A stretch of 64,000 bases of DNA from Dicyema japonicum (GCA_011109175.1 RDEW01000020.1:490514-554513), one strand, 5' to 3'. Positions 1-13,232 are shown, counted from the first letter of the stretch. Numbers and translations are program-made. Notes: a model not told the origin generated them from the letters alone.

Positions 1-169
1 TAATTTTAATGTATAAAATTAATATAAACTATTAATTCTAATTTGAATTGTTATGTCACGCTTCTCCCACGTTGTTGTGGTGCTTCGTTTGTGCTAATGC
101 TTATTCTATATTATTTTTGTATTGTCTTACATTTTCTTCATTAATATATTAGTGGATTCATCAAATAGA

Positions 170-460
170 GTTTAATAGGTTTGCATTTAGACATGATAAA
201 GACATGAATTTTCTAGAGAAGAAAAACAGAAGCACGTCACCACTTCAGCCAAAAAGACCTAGAAACACACTTCCAAACTGCTTAAAAGATGACTACGAAC
301 AAAATAGTCGTAAATTGGTGACAGCGGACGATCTGGATGATGTTCGAATGAGGGCCAGGAACAAGATGGCGTGGGCGAGGAGGATGGCTGCAAATCATGG
401 CTCAAGCGAACCCCTTTTAGGGCCACGCGAAAGAGCTCTTAACTAACTAAATTAACTATA
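170..460 (+). mobile_element. RTE-type LINE, 3' fragment
   Basis: ORF 204-446 (RPRNTLPNCLKDD...TADDLDDVRMRARNKMAW) resembles the RTE C-terminus at 61548-62183 (RPRITLPEVLNGDL...GEDLSSLRHLASDRRGW). Confidence 0.6.
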
Positions 461-889
461 TAGGTTTGCGTAAAAAAAGACCATGGGACAAATCCCTCGC
501 TAAAGTTAGGGAAATTTGAATTTCCCTACAGTGAAAAAGTGAAAGTCGTAGATATATTGTTTAACAAGCGAATGACACTTCAATCAAATGAGGGACATAG
601 CGAGATCTTCCACATAAGTCGCGTTAAAAAGCTTAAAAAGAAGTGACTTACCTTTTCTTATAAATAAAATATTTTTTTGAATTTTTTGTCTTAATTGAAA
701 CTTAAATGAATACAATCGTATAACCCGGAATTTTTAATAGTTTAAAATATTGAAAAATTAAGAGTTTTATGGTTGGAATTAATTTTTAAATTATTTAGAA
801 TGCTTATCAGTATTATTAATAGTACGATAATTTAAGAATTTAAAAAATAAATTCAATTTTATATTTTTTAAAGCATAACATAAATCTTT

Positions 890-3668
890 TTTGGTGGCGA
901 TCCTAAGAGGAGGGATCAGCCACCAAAAAAATCAGAAGTAATCAGGATAACCCTGATTAATGCCCGCTCTCTTCGGAAGCGGGCTTCAGAGCTGACTGCA
1001 TTGGTCAGCACAGTGCATATGGATGTTTTGATAGTAAATGAGACGAAATCAAAGAGGGAAGTTCTTTTAAAATTAATGGATTTTCATCAATTGATATTCC
1101 GTGGAAGAAGGGTTCTATTTCTGGAACTGGAACTTCGATTTATTATAAATCTAATTTGAATACGAAGAGACCAAGAATTATTGAAGAAGATGTATGTGAA
1201 CTAGTCAGTGTGCAAATACAAACAAATATTGGATGGATAACAGTTGGAGGAATTTATTCTAAGAGCTTACGTGAGTACCCTTGGATCATTGTGAAATTTT
1301 TTAACGAAAACGTGAATTCGATTTTGGTTGGGGACATGAACGCAAAGCATGTAGATTATGGATGTTTTACAAAAAATCAGGATGGAAAATGTCTTATAAA
1401 GTGGATGGAATCTTGAGAATTGAAAATTTTGACGTCAGCAGAAATAAATCACTATGCAAATTACTGTGGTGATAAACTTGGATTGTTCATAATGCCTCTG
1501 ACGATGAGTGAAATGTGTGATCCTCCATATATTGAAAATGACATAGGAAGTGAGCACATCCCACAAACGATTGAATTAAAAACTGGTCCGGTTTACACAC
1601 GACATTTATTCATTGGATGTGATGTCAGCAAAATTGATTGGAATCACTTCAATTTCTACATCAGGCTGAAAATAGGTAATGTTTGTGATTTGGGGATTTC
1701 GAAACCAGAAGATATCGACATTCTGGATAACAAAATAAGATCTTTGTTGTTAAGTTATCTGGAAAATTATGGAAAAAGAAAAAATCTGTTGCCGCAGGAA
1801 AATATGATAATAAGAGTAGAAGAACGCTCTTTGCGTCAGGAGAAGAATAAGATAGAAAATAAATTAAAGACGTGTTGGGATATCTTCGACTTTCAAAAAC
1901 TTAAAATTCAGATCAAGATAGTGAAGAAGAAAATAATGGATGTTGTAACGTAGAATGAAGAAAAAGTATGGAAAATAGAATGTTCAAAGTTACGTCGACA
2001 GAACTTAAAATTTTGGAAACTATTTGCAAGAATGAATTCTCGCAGTAATAAGAATGAAGAAATATCTCTCAAGTCAAATGATGGTCTCACTATTCCAAAA
2101 GAAGAAATTCCAAATGTTTTACGTCGACAATTGTCCAAAATTCAAGAGATAGATCCGGCATCTTTTATTCCGATAGAAGTACAAGATACAAGAAGTAGTT
2201 ATAAAGAAAAGTCGAAACTGAGAGGTCCCTTGTGTCATCCTATAACGCTTGAAGAAATAAATGCTGCAATTAAGAGTTGCAAAAATAAAGCACCAGGGTG
2301 GGATTTTATGAGTATTTTCAAAAACGCAGGCCCAATTTTAATTGAGTGCCTAAAAATATTATATAATTCTTCTTAGAGTTTTGGTCATGTGTCAGCTTAT
2401 TCATAAACGAACAATTGTACGCATGGTTGTGAAAAAAGGAAAGCCAAGGTCAAATGCAGATAGTTATAGGCCAATTAGCCTAGTCTGCTCAATATCGAAA
2501 GTTATGGAAAAAATTGTTTTCAATCGTCTATTAAGGCATGTTAAGGATAATAATTTTCTCTCTGATAATCAACTCGGATTTCGGCATAAAAAAGGGACTG
2601 GAGATTGATTTAAAGAGCAAAGATCTGCAATTGAAATTTCACGAAATAAAAAGGAATTTCTTACAATAGCATGTTTGGATATAACAAAAGCCTTTGACAG
2701 TGTTTGGCACTTTGGACTTGTTGATACGTTGTCAAAAGCAGAAATTGGGAAAACTGCGTTATTATGGATAGAAAACTTTCTTTCAAAAAGAAAGACATAT
2801 ATACGTGTTGGAAATTAAATTTCAAAGAAAATTGAATTGCGAAGAGGAGTTCCACAGGGTTCAATTCTCAGCCCGTCACTCTTCAATTGCGTAATGAGAG
2901 ATTTGCCGAAAACAGAGAGCGTAAATAGTCAAATGATTATTTATGCTGATGACATTCTTGTGCTTGATTCAAGCATGAATAAACAAATTTCATGGAAAAG
3001 GGTGGAATCCCATATTACTAAGATTGGAAAGTGGTGCCAAAACAATGGGTTGACTCTATCGAGGGAAAAAACAACAGTCACTTGGATTGCAAGTAAAAGA
3101 AAAAATATTAATCAATGTGTGAATACTGGGGATATAAAAATCTCTGAAACATTGAAGTATCTCGGATTGTTGATAGATCGAAGAGGATCTTTCAAGGAAC
3201 ATATTAAAACACGAAGAAAGAAAGCTACAGGAATGTTGAAATCTTTAATTCGATTTCATTTGGAGCCTGAAACTTTTCTTTTTGTGTATTCGGCGTGTGT
3301 TGAACCTTTCTTGATATATGGTTATCAAGGATGGTTTAGAACAAAAGAAATTGATGTCTTTGTCAAAAAATTGGAAAAGTCCAGAAGATTTGAGATTAAA
3401 TTGGCATATGGACTGAACTTAAAATCCAATATCGAAGAGGATTACGACCTGAAAGTCAGAAAGATAGAAATATTATTACATCACTTATGGAAAATGTGAT
3501 GTAATTTTTGGGGTCCAAACGAAGTAGAGACATGTGGTGTCTCATAAAATGACCCTACACGATGAATACAAACCCACTTAATTAGTTTTGGTTCAGGTTT
3601 TGGTTTCTTTACAGTAATTAGTTTTGAGGTTTGTTAGAAAATAAAATTTGTTTTGTCTTTTTTGTCTA
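890..3668 (+). mobile_element. 5'-truncated, decayed copy of the two-ORF APE-RT LINE at 42020-46360
   Basis: Nearly identical by eye to 43347-46125. APE (GDMNA) and RT (QGSILSP, YADD) motifs are broken by stops and frameshifts. Confidence 0.95.
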
Positions 3669-3717
3669 AGATGGTTCGACTTGTGAGTGTCTTAATACTA
3701 CTCGTTTAATTTCGAGC

Positions 3718-3768
3718 AAAAAAATCGATATTGCAAGTAGCGCATAGTTGAAAGTAGCGCTCGCGACA
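3718..3768. mobile_element. Solo terminal inverted repeat of the TGTCGCGA MITE family
   Basis: Matches the right TIR of the MITE at 61164-61330; ends ...CGCGACA and is followed by TAATA. Confidence 0.8.
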
Positions 3769-5250
3769 TAATAGCTCTTTCAACAGATGCATAGGATGCC
3801 TGACAGCGTGAAAGAGAAAAAAATCTTGTTGGCTAATTTTTGGTTCAGTCATTTCAATAATAAGTTTAAATCCATTTTCCTCCATTCTTTTATTTATATA
3901 ATTTTTGATATTTGCCTTGTCATTATCAAAATGTATTTCTTGTATAATAGTACTCTTCCATCATTTGATTGCAAGGAATCACTTCGTCCATTTTCAGAAC
4001 ATGTCCGATAAGTCGCCAGCGTGAAATAATTACTTCTCTGCTTATCGGTTTGCATTTACATAATTTGTAGAGAATGTCTTTTTTGATAATCTGTGGCCAT
4101 TTAATTCCCGCAATTTTTCTCAATTGATTTCTATGAAATGTGTCTAGTCAGTCACGGTCCGTTTTTGATGTTCCCCATGTTCCAGAGTTATATAATAGGA
4201 CTGGTTGTATGAACGCGCTATATAAGCACATCCGAAGATTTAAGGAGATAAGTTTTCTGCGAGTCCAAATACTCCACATCTTTTCAGTGTACACGATGCC
4301 AACATCTTTCTGCGAGCAATGTCCTCAGCATCACCCAAAAACGAGCCGAGCCTTTTAGTAAACTTCCATTTCTTATCAATCTGTGTCGGTAACCGCTGAA
4401 TCGAAGTTAACTCCGTTTTCTGAGTTGATCTTCAAAGACCACCTCTCCAGAACTGTTGTGGCTTTATCTATTACAGTTCTTATTACCACCACATCCTCAG
4501 ACACAAAATCGATGTCATCAGCATACATTAATTCCACAAAATAATTATTTAAGTGACCTAATTCTTTCCTAACGTTCCTCAACGCAGCTTCCAAATAGAT
4601 TGCAAGGTGAAAGCGAGTCCCCTTGCGGAATACCAATGCCGGTCGTTAATATTTCCGAATAGCCCTTCCCCACTTTCACTATGAGGCTCGTGTCAGCCAG
4701 CAAAAAACGCACAATCATCAAACAGTCCTCATCAATTATGTCCTTTAGAGCTTGCAGTAGTTTATCTCGGCAGACACAGTCGAATGATTTTGATTAGTCG
4801 ACTCCCAGAGTATATATTGGTTTTGTGTACTTCTTACATATTGTCGTAAGCTAACGATGACTCCATACTATATCAGCAGTTGATTTTCCTGGTCTGAATC
4901 CGCTTTGACTTGGTGACAAGTATTGGTCATCTGAATTTGATATTCGATTCAATGTTGTAATCGACAATGTTTTTCGCAAAGTGGTCAAAAGCACTATCGG
5001 CTTGAAATTTTCAATTAGACCTGCAGGTTTGTCAGGTTTTTGTAAAGGAAGTAGAACTCCCATCGCGATGTCAATTGAACAATGAGTCCTGAATATCTAG
5101 TTGAATATGAAAGTTATCTTTCCTGCTAGCTGGGTTGGTGCGTATTTTAACAACTCCCCACAAATATTGTCATAGCCAGCTGCTCTGTTGTTATTCAGCC
5201 GAAGGAGTGCTCCGCGAATTTCGGAATCCGTAAACACATTATTAACTGCA
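3769..5250 (-). mobile_element. RTE-type LINE, RT and 3' end, decayed
   Basis: Minus-strand ORFs carry LPLQKPDKP...FKPIVLL, QSGFRPGKST, YADDIDF and RWRLIGHVL. Confidence 0.9.
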
Positions 5251-5277
5251 ATTTAAATTAGCATTTAAACAAAAATT

Positions 5278-5509
5278 TTTTTTTTTTAAATGCATTTATT
5301 AATTTAAACAATAGAAGTCAGGTAGTTGCCGCTCTCACCGCGTGGCTGTTCCCTCTCAAAATTGCGAGCGAAATTCGCTCAAATAGCCAGCGGCGTTCGC
5401 GGAGATCTCCAGTGCATGAGGTGATCCGGTTTCCAAGACGTCCGAAAAACTCGAGTGTAGAGGGGGAGTAGGATCCGGAAGTCTCCATAGCAAGGGGAAC
5501 AAATTTGAC
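5278..5509 (-). mobile_element. CRE-like RLE retrotransposon, 5'-truncated 3' end with A-rich tail and 10-bp TSD
   Basis: FVPLAMETSG...ISLAILRGN; TSD AACAAAAATT at 5268-5277 and 5510-5519. Confidence 0.85.
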
Positions 5510-5519
5510 AACAAAAATT

Positions 5520-5665
5520 AGCATTTAAAATTAAAAATAGCACTTATAGCATTTATAATGTATGTTTTTTTAACAAAATTAAAAATAATTATTCCAAATT
5601 CAATTGTATATTTAAAAAAGTATAAAAAATAAAAATAGCATTTTAGCACTTAAATTGCCCTACTA
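5520..5665. mobile_element. End of a non-autonomous hAT-like DNA element (TAGCA repeats, GCCCTA terminus)
   Basis: Repeated TAGCA(T/C)TT motifs ending in TTGCCCTA. Similar ends occur at about 8621-8866 and about 10735. Confidence 0.45.
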
Positions 5666-5959
5666 ATCATCCTCTCCGTCAGCCTCGACCATGATCATCT
5701 GTTGCGCGCTAGTTCTCTTAGGTAAACTAGGTCGTCCGCCATTTCCATTATAATGTTAGATGCTTCCCACACTCTTGTAACACAGTGAAACAGGTCCTGA
5801 TAGACTGCAAATCCGAGACCATAATGTCGGCAGGCCGATGAGAGTGCAAAAAGGTGGATTTTAATGATATTTTATTATTTTTAATTAACAAAAAACTTTA
5901 TTAATATTTAAAATTAAAAAAAAAATTTTATTTCTGGAATTGTAAATCAGTATCTTGTG

Positions 5960-8130
5960 CCTATGTCTGAGGTTGTGACGTGCCTCTCTTGCACCTATGT
6001 CTGCAAAGGATTCTGAACGTGTCTAAGAGGCAGCTTCTATTCTCCGATGTTGATAAATGCAGGGGTTCTGTATGCTGCCTGCAGGAGACTAAAATAAAAA
6101 ATGGACTCGATTAAACATATATAAACTACAGGTTAATATTGCTTCACTCGGAATCGAGGCATTATAGACAAGGCTTTGCCACATACAAGGACTATATTCC
6201 CAGTTATTGTAAAGTCAATGACAGAATCAGTGTCTTACAACTACGTACAAGATCAAGCAGAATTTCGAGGAGACTAAAACGTTAACGCACCACACAGTGA
6301 CGTATCCTAAAAAAATCCGGAAGAACTCGACCTGTTGGGAAGGATATTAACAGACCTCAGTTTATCATACTTATTGTTTATTTCCGGGGACTGGAATGCG
6401 AAAGTAGGAACTTGTAGAGGAAATGAAATCTTCATTGGCCAGGGAAGAGGAATCAGAAACTTTCCGGGAATCATCTTGGCAGAGTTTTGCCAGGCATTTG
6501 ATCTGTTCCTATGTAATACTGGTTTCCAACATTCCGCGCGTCCTAAAACGACATGGACTGGGCAACGATTCTTACCTACCGAACGTTTTCAACCAATTGA
6601 CTACATAATCACTCCTACATGTTTCGAGGTCTTACGGAGGTGCAGCTATCGACAGTGATCACAAGATAGTCTCTCCCAAGTTCACAACGAGGAGTTTGAC
6701 TGACCTAATAAGAAGAGAGCCAAACGTAGATGTAAGAAGAAGCTATAAAATGGAACAACTGTGTTACTCTACATCGATCAGAGACAACTACCAAATATCA
6801 ATTACGAAATTCCTCGGAAACCTGGATCCTGGACGGTAACCGGTAAATTCATCGCGAGGTAATTTTATCGCGAGGTAAATTCATCCCAGTTAAATCAAGG
6901 ACCACGTGGGCGGGTTTCTAGATAGAAGAGGTCGAAATTTTGATTTTTTATATTATTGTTAAATTGCGATTTTGGAGATTATTCGGCGATAGGAGTCACG
7001 TATCCGTGACGGTAGAACCTATGAAAATTGAAGAGAGAGGACCTATTTTTTCACCTCTCTTCATAAGTTGACGTATGCCTGCCATGTATTATTGGGGGAT
7101 TAATTTAGTTTTCACAAGCAGTCGTTCTCTTTTGCGTTCCCTCCTTGGATTAATTACCAATGACTGTTTTTGCTAGGCTTACCAAAGATTGTACGCCTGT
7201 GGCTAACAAATAATAAAATAAATAACTGTCAGTATTCATCTATATACGACAATTGAACCTTTAGAGTTGAGGACAGTATTCATCTCTATCTTAAACACAA
7301 GAGTAATGGTTGCATGTAATTGTGTTTCTTTTTAAAAGGCATTGCCTATAATTTAGCATTTTAGAAATTAACACAATGTTTTTGTTAATAATTGTCATAA
7401 ACTTGTTTTCTAAAAATTATATTATCATAAATATACATTTAAAGTTTGACCTTCATTATTAATCAATAATCAGTAAGATAATTTTTCTATCACTTTAACC
7501 AATACACACACGTGTGGTGCACATAGTTGATTAAAATTTAACACTATTTGGAGAATTGAGGTTTTCAAATTTCTTCTATCTTAGGGATCTGGCCACGTGA
7601 CTCATATCGTCAAATTAATCTCCAAAATCACATTTTAATGATAGTATAAAAATCAAAATTTCGACTTCTTTTTTCAAGAACCCACGGATCGCTTGAATCA
7701 ACCGGCGATGAATTTACTAGCGATGAATTTACCAGCGATGAATTTACCTAGAACCTTATCAACCAGAGATTTGAAAGTGCAACAACAGTCCTGAGAATAG
7801 ACTTCTCTAGGGCCTTTGACACGGTCCATCGTGGTCTACTTCTCAGGATACTGGAACAATTCTTGGACCCAGATTCTGTCAGTATGATCAGAGTGTTGCT
7901 ATCTAACACGAAGCTCAGAGTGCGGGTCGGTAAGACGTTTTCCCGTGAATTTACGTGCAAGTTAGTACTCCCAAAGAGATTCCCCTTCGCCCCTGCTATT
8001 TGTCATATATCTGGAGGCGGAATTACGAGATTTTCGGAAGTTCTATGATGGCAACATCGTCGAATTTGCCTATGCGGACGACGTCGACTTTGTGTTGGAA
8101 GACAAATCGGCCCTACTTCGACTCCTTGAA
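5960..8130 (+). mobile_element. Decayed RTE-type LINE (APE at 5960-6834, RT at 7756-8130) interrupted by a foldback element
   Basis: CLQETK, GDWNAKVG and IDYII in the APE part; DFSRAFDTV and YADDVDF in the RT part. Confidence 0.85.
6835..7755. mobile_element. Foldback/MITE-like DNA element with ~170-bp imperfect TIRs and subterminal repeats
   Basis: The left end has three GGTAA(A/T)TT(C/T)ATC units and the right end three GCGATGAATTTAC units. Inverted similarity extends to GAGTCACGT/ACGTGACTC. The core is AT-rich and non-coding. Confidence 0.8.
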
Positions 8131-8136
8131 GTTGCC

Positions 8137-8620
8137 TTATCTCCTTAAATCTTCGGATGTGCTTATATAGCGCGTTCATACAACCAATCCTATTATATAA
8201 CTCTGGAACATGGGGAACATCAAAAACGGACCGTGACTGACTAGACACATTTCATAGAAATCAATTGAGAAAAATTGCGGGAATTAAATGGCCACAGATT
8301 ATCAAAAAAGACACTCTCTACAAATTATGTAAATGCAAACCGATAAGCAGAGAAGTAATTACCGCACGCTGGCGACTTATCGGACATGTTCTGAAAATGG
8401 ACGAAGTGATTCCTTGCAATCAAATGATGGAAGAGTACTATTATACAAGAAATACATTTTGATAATGACAAGGCAAATATCAAAAATTATATAAATAAAA
8501 GAATGGAGGAAAATGGATTTAAACTTATTATTGAAATGACTGAACCAAAAATTAGCCAACAAGATTTTTTTTCTCTTTCACGCTGTCAGGCATTTTATGC
8601 ATCTGTTGAAAGAGCTATTA
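8137..8620 (+). mobile_element. RTE 3' end, near-identical inverted copy of 3769-4253
   Basis: Same peptide RKIAGIKWPQIIKKD...RWRLIGHVLKM and the same terminus GTTGAAAGAGCTATTA. Confidence 0.9.
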
Positions 8621-8866
8621 AAATGCTAAAAAATATTTAAAAAAAGATAGGAACTTCCATCCAGACAATATCAGGCATTAACTTTTATTATATTACAATA
8701 AATAAAATTTAAATGTTATATTTTATTATTTTAAGTTATAGATTTGACAAATTTAAATGCTAGATTTTATCATTTTAAATGCTAACTTTTTTAATTATAA
8801 TTGCTAGATTTTGTGATTTTTTAGCGCTAAAAAAATTTTTTTAAGTGCTAGAAACAACTTGCCCTA

Positions 8867-8952
8867 ATGATTAGGAATACGGCACAAGGGAAACTTTACT
8901 AATTTATGTTTTCTCGGAAGTGCTTTTTAATAATTTTTAATAATAATAATAA
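8867..8952 (+). mobile_element. RTE 3' tail fragment
   Basis: GGAATACGGCACAAGG...GTGCT followed by (TAA)n; the reverse complement is at 31731-31805. Confidence 0.7.
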
Positions 8953-9189
8953 AATGACACTCTATTTATTTGAGTGGATTTTTGCTACTTTATAATTTTC
9001 AAGTATTAACGATTTTAACCAAAAATTAAACCATTCAACTAAAAAAATCAGAATTATCCAGTGTACTAACTTTTATTTTGATTGGTTCTAGTGGAGTTCC
9101 ACATACGGACGGTGACAATTAATTTTAACACAGAATTTAATAATTGACCTGACATAAATACTTGGATTTTTTGTTATTGTTGAATAAAC

Positions 9190-10113
9190 AAAAATATGGA
9201 CATGCTTTCGAAGCCTCAAAAAACTGAATTCACCAAAGGAGTCATTACGCCGAGGGAAAGTGTGCGTCGGAAACAAAATTTCCAGATCGAGATTGTTACC
9301 CAATGATGTACCCCAGGAATCTCCTTTGTCTCCAATCCTATTTAATTTGTTTCTGAATGATCTCCCCGTTCATACGAATAATAATGACATGTTACTTTTT
9401 TATGCCAATGACATAGTTGTCGCATCTAGAGGCGTAAATGTCGAACATGCTAAAGAAAGACTACAAGGAATACTAAATACCATATATGGATGGTTGTGCA
9501 AAAATCGATTAATGAATAATCCGAAAAGTCATCAGTCACTCTATTCACTAAGAATAGAAAGATGGGAACGCAACAGTCACATTAAATGGAGAACCTATAC
9601 CACAAAAGAAATCGCAGAAGATACTGAGAGTAACTTTTGATACGTTCATCTGCTTCTCAGCCTATGTGGAATCCATCATATCAACCTGTGCAAAGAAGAT
9701 CAATTTTGTAAAAACCTTTTATGGAACTGTGGAGGGATTTATCCGCCAGGTATCGGGACCCACTACAAGTAGAATATCGACCCAACAATAGGGTATGCAT
9801 GTGCTGTGTGGGGTTCTAATCTGGCGGCAACGAACCTAATAAAAACTCAAGAGATCCAGTTAAGAGCAATAAAGTTACTGGAACAATATACAGATGAACA
9901 AATTGCGCCGAGAACACTAGAGTCAATCATAGAGGTAACTGGAGGAAATTTCAGAAGAGGAGGGGGAAAAGACCCCCCGTCCGTATAGAAAAGGTGTGGG
10001 GTCACGGTCGGAGCATTGAGAATAGATGGCCGAATTATTGAGAGATTCAGGGATCACCTGAATGTTAGTTAGTGGTTGAGACGGCGTTTCATGGGCTTAA
10101 ATAATAATAATAA
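9190..10113 (+). mobile_element. Ingi/Vingi-like LINE, decayed RT and 3' end with (TAA)n tail
   Basis: LPNDVPQESPLSPILFNLFLND, YANDIV; GGGATCAC 3' motif shared with 23337; TAATAATAATAA tail. Confidence 0.85.
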
Positions 10114-10129
10114 TTGAAGGGGATTTAGT

Positions 10130-10401
10130 CTATTCTATCCACACGGAATTTTGAGATAAGAGTCGATACGTCGATTCCGACTGAAACGAATATACAGTTC
10201 AACGAACCAGATATTTTGGTATATAACAAGATCAAGAATAAGATAGTTCTAATCAAAATGGAAATTACATCTCTGGATCGCATAAAACAGGTGGAAGTAG
10301 AAGACTGTCACAAGTACTACCTCTTTGCAATTGAGCTTTCGCTTCTCTGCGATTGTCAAGTAAAGATTATCTCATTGGTTGTGACCTGGGATGAGTTTTA
10401 A
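10130..10401 (+). mobile_element. R4-like RLE domain fragment
   Basis: PDILVYNK...EITSLDRIKQVEVE...KY, homologous to the C-terminus of 35841-37010. Confidence 0.75.
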
Positions 10402-10439
10402 CAGGATCCGTGTGATTTCAAATTATATCTTGAAAAAAA

Positions 10440-10740
10440 CATGTAAATGGAATTAAAAATTGTTAGAAATGCGAAATTTACGAGTTTTGTTCAGAATTTT
10501 TTGTAAGCTAATTTAAGTGTCCTGAAGCTACTATTCTGGTAGAAAGATGTTTTTCTATGCTAAATAAAATTCTCGAAAAGGATAGAAACTTTAATGATGA
10601 AAGTGTTAATAATTATTTGATGCTTTATTTTAATAAATTTGATTAAATAAACATTAACAACTCGAAATTAAAGTCCTAAAAGTTATATTTTTAAGGTCAT
10701 ATTTCAATCATTTTTAGGTCATATTTATTGTTGCCTTAGT
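10440..10740 (+). mobile_element. hAT transposase C-terminal remnant and right end
   Basis: VERCFSMLNKILEKDRNF...YLMLYFNK matches the hAT dimerization motif (ERxFS), followed by a TTGCCTTAG terminus. Confidence 0.65.
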
Positions 10741-11035
10741 TATGACTTTCAGAAATAATAATGTATAGAAAACTTTACAAATTTTATTATAGTGTATTGG
10801 CCAAAATGTTCAATTCTAATCCATATTTTTTCAAATTTAGCTATAGTTTCATCCTAAACGAGTAAAACTCGGAATCCGGATATTCTTTCAAATCATTGAG
10901 GGTTCCTTTCATTGTTTCATTTCCTCTTGATTCACCGTTATATTTCATCATAGATTTATTCCTCGTAATAATTCTCTATAATTTCTGATGCATCGCTTTG
11001 ATGATTGAGATTGTTTCATTTTTGTAAATACTGTT

Positions 11036-11282
11036 AATTAAATTTAAATTATTTCCAAAGACCAAGGGTAACCAAACTAACTATCTCCTTGATCCTTACT
11101 CGTTCCAGCATTCCAGAACTTGTCATCAGGTAACGACGTTGTCTCCGAGGAAGAATTGTTGGATCCTCTTGATGCCGGCCAGGTATTGGGCGCCTCCAGT
11201 GACGCCATCGGAAAGAAGGAAAATAATTTTGACAAACTATCCACGTAGCACCAAATGGCGCCACGCGATCAAAAAATAATAA
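11036..11282 (-). mobile_element. Short non-autonomous retroposon with structured RNA head and Vingi-like LINE tail, complete with 14-bp TSD
   Basis: TSD TTGTAAATACTGTT at 11022-11035 and 11283-11296. The tail GGTCTTTGGAAATAA is shared with the LINE at 11367-12232, and the head with 20436-20570. Confidence 0.85.
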
Positions 11283-11366
11283 TTGTAAATACTGTTCCAA
11301 CATTTTATTAAAGATTCATGCTGTATATTTGCCATGCCTTAGATATCAAAATCAGTGTCGTAAATT

Positions 11367-12232
11367 GAAATTGAAATTTATTTCCAAAGACCACAGTTAC
11401 AAAAACAAGAAATTATGTGATCCCGGCGAATTTCAATAGTGCTCTCAGCTTGGCCCGGTGGTCTTCCTTCGATCCAACACAGGCACTTAGTGGACGAGTG
11501 ATCCTCTGGTATCGTTGACTCTGGCCTCCTTTTCTTATTAGGTTTCCCAAGGGGGTAGGTATAGAATTTAAATCTCCTTTGATCCAGTTTACTATCACGG
11601 AAAACGCTTTTTTTGGTTGCCGCAATTATCTGGGCATTCATCCAAGAAATTGAGGGGGTCCATGATGCACATGCATATGATATGCATGGCTTTCCGTACT
11701 AGCTGTATAGTGATTTCAGAACGGGATGACTTCCGATCTTCCATAAACCAGAGATTTCCTTCAGGAAGTTGATTTTCTTTTCACATTTGTTTAAAACATT
11801 TCCCACGTGGCACGAGAAAATCATGAATGTTGAATACTACTCCCAGGATTTGGAATGGCAACTTACTTCCATCTGCTTCTATATCACTGTACTGTTAGAT
11901 ATCCTCTTGTCAGAGGTAAGTAGAGACGTAATCGATTTTTCCGGGCTGATCGACAGACTGTTTTCATTTAACCAGTAGATTAAGCAGTTTACATGTAATT
12001 GTAATCTCTCCGAGGCGACCCGAACGTCTCGGTCTTTAAATTCAATAACAATATCATCTGCATAAGTCAGTAAAAGGTCATCCTCATGCTCCGAAGTAGG
12101 GATATCATTCAAGAAAAGGTTGAAGAGTATAGGGGACAGCGGAGATCCTTGGGGTATTCCATTTGGAGTTAAACGCAAGGAGGTCGACCGTAGGTTTCCC
12201 AAACAGACTCGTCTTCTTTGTAGGTTTCCCAA
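11367..12232 (-). mobile_element. 5'-truncated Ingi/Vingi-like LINE with 14-bp TSD
   Basis: GIPQGSPLSPILFNLFLND, TYADD; TSD CAGTGTCGTAAATT at 11353-11366 and 12233-12246. Confidence 0.92.
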
Positions 12233-12499
12233 CAGTGTCGTAAATTAACTTTAAAGATTTCAAATACAATCTTCTTGGTCGATAAAATATTATTAATTTT
12301 GAATAATCTTGTTATTTTAGCTACAGTTTCAATGCTCGTTCCGAACTTTTTGTAAGAATCTGTTAGAATAGATATTTTCCATAGAAGGGATATTTCAAGT
12401 TTTTCTTGGTATTTAGGCTCATTTTAAGAACAGCACATGGACATTAAGTCAACGTGAAATTTTTTTAAATAAACCATTAAATAGGTCACAATAAATTAA

Positions 12500-12620
12500 T
12501 TTTGTTCCACATCGAGGTTTTTGGTCTTTACATTTCTATGCCAATCCCACCAAGTGTTCTAAAATCTGAGTGTGTTCCAAAACCAAGGTGAGGTTTTCTC
12601 GAATCGAGGTCGGACTGTAT
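12500..12620. mobile_element. pogo/Tc1-mariner-type terminal sequence
   Basis: Ends in TCGAGGTCGGACTG|TA (CAGT TIR plus TA). A homologous end is at about 35700-35748. Confidence 0.55.
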
Positions 12621-13232
12621 AATGAAAATGTGTGATCTTATTAAAAATGTTAAGAAGTCATCAGAAAGAGGTCCGGACGGAATTTGTAGTTACCAACTGA
12701 AAAATTTCGTTCCACGTTGGTCTTGTCAGACGAAAATTTAACGCTGTTTCTGGAATCAAAACTGGACACAAAACAGCCTTAAACTTATATTCAAATAGTT
12801 CTGGGTGGTCTATCTATGTTTCCCACTCAAATCTACACTTCAAAAATCAAATTTGGGTTTGCAACCAGCGTACATTTATTTATAAACCACCTACATTGGA
12901 ATCCTGTATTCTTCCAATCGAAGATCACCTATATATACGAAACCTACAATTTCTCAATGACCTGTCTGATCTTATGCATCTTTGCAATGACTTAACCTGA
13001 AACAAGAATCTGAGACATATATTCTACAGTCAAGACAGCAGCAAATGTTTAAGAAGATTCCTCCGCTAATTCAAAACTCCACAGCAACGAAGACGATTCA
13101 TGATTTCACATCAACTATAGCTACTCGTTGCCTAAAAATAAACGCTCTGCTGGACTACCCTATCCGCCAATAGATGATTCACGAGGAACCCTTGATAGAG
13201 ATTCTCGAAGAAACCTATTGCAAATAATAATA

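Noticed and set aside
6841-6895. CRISPR-like repeat array
   Set aside because: The units are 15-16-bp tandem repeats without unique spacers, within a TIR in a eukaryotic sequence.
3769-8620. Large DNA transposon with ~480-bp TIRs
   Set aside because: The inverted repeats are two copies of an RTE 3' end with coding motifs, and there is no TSD.
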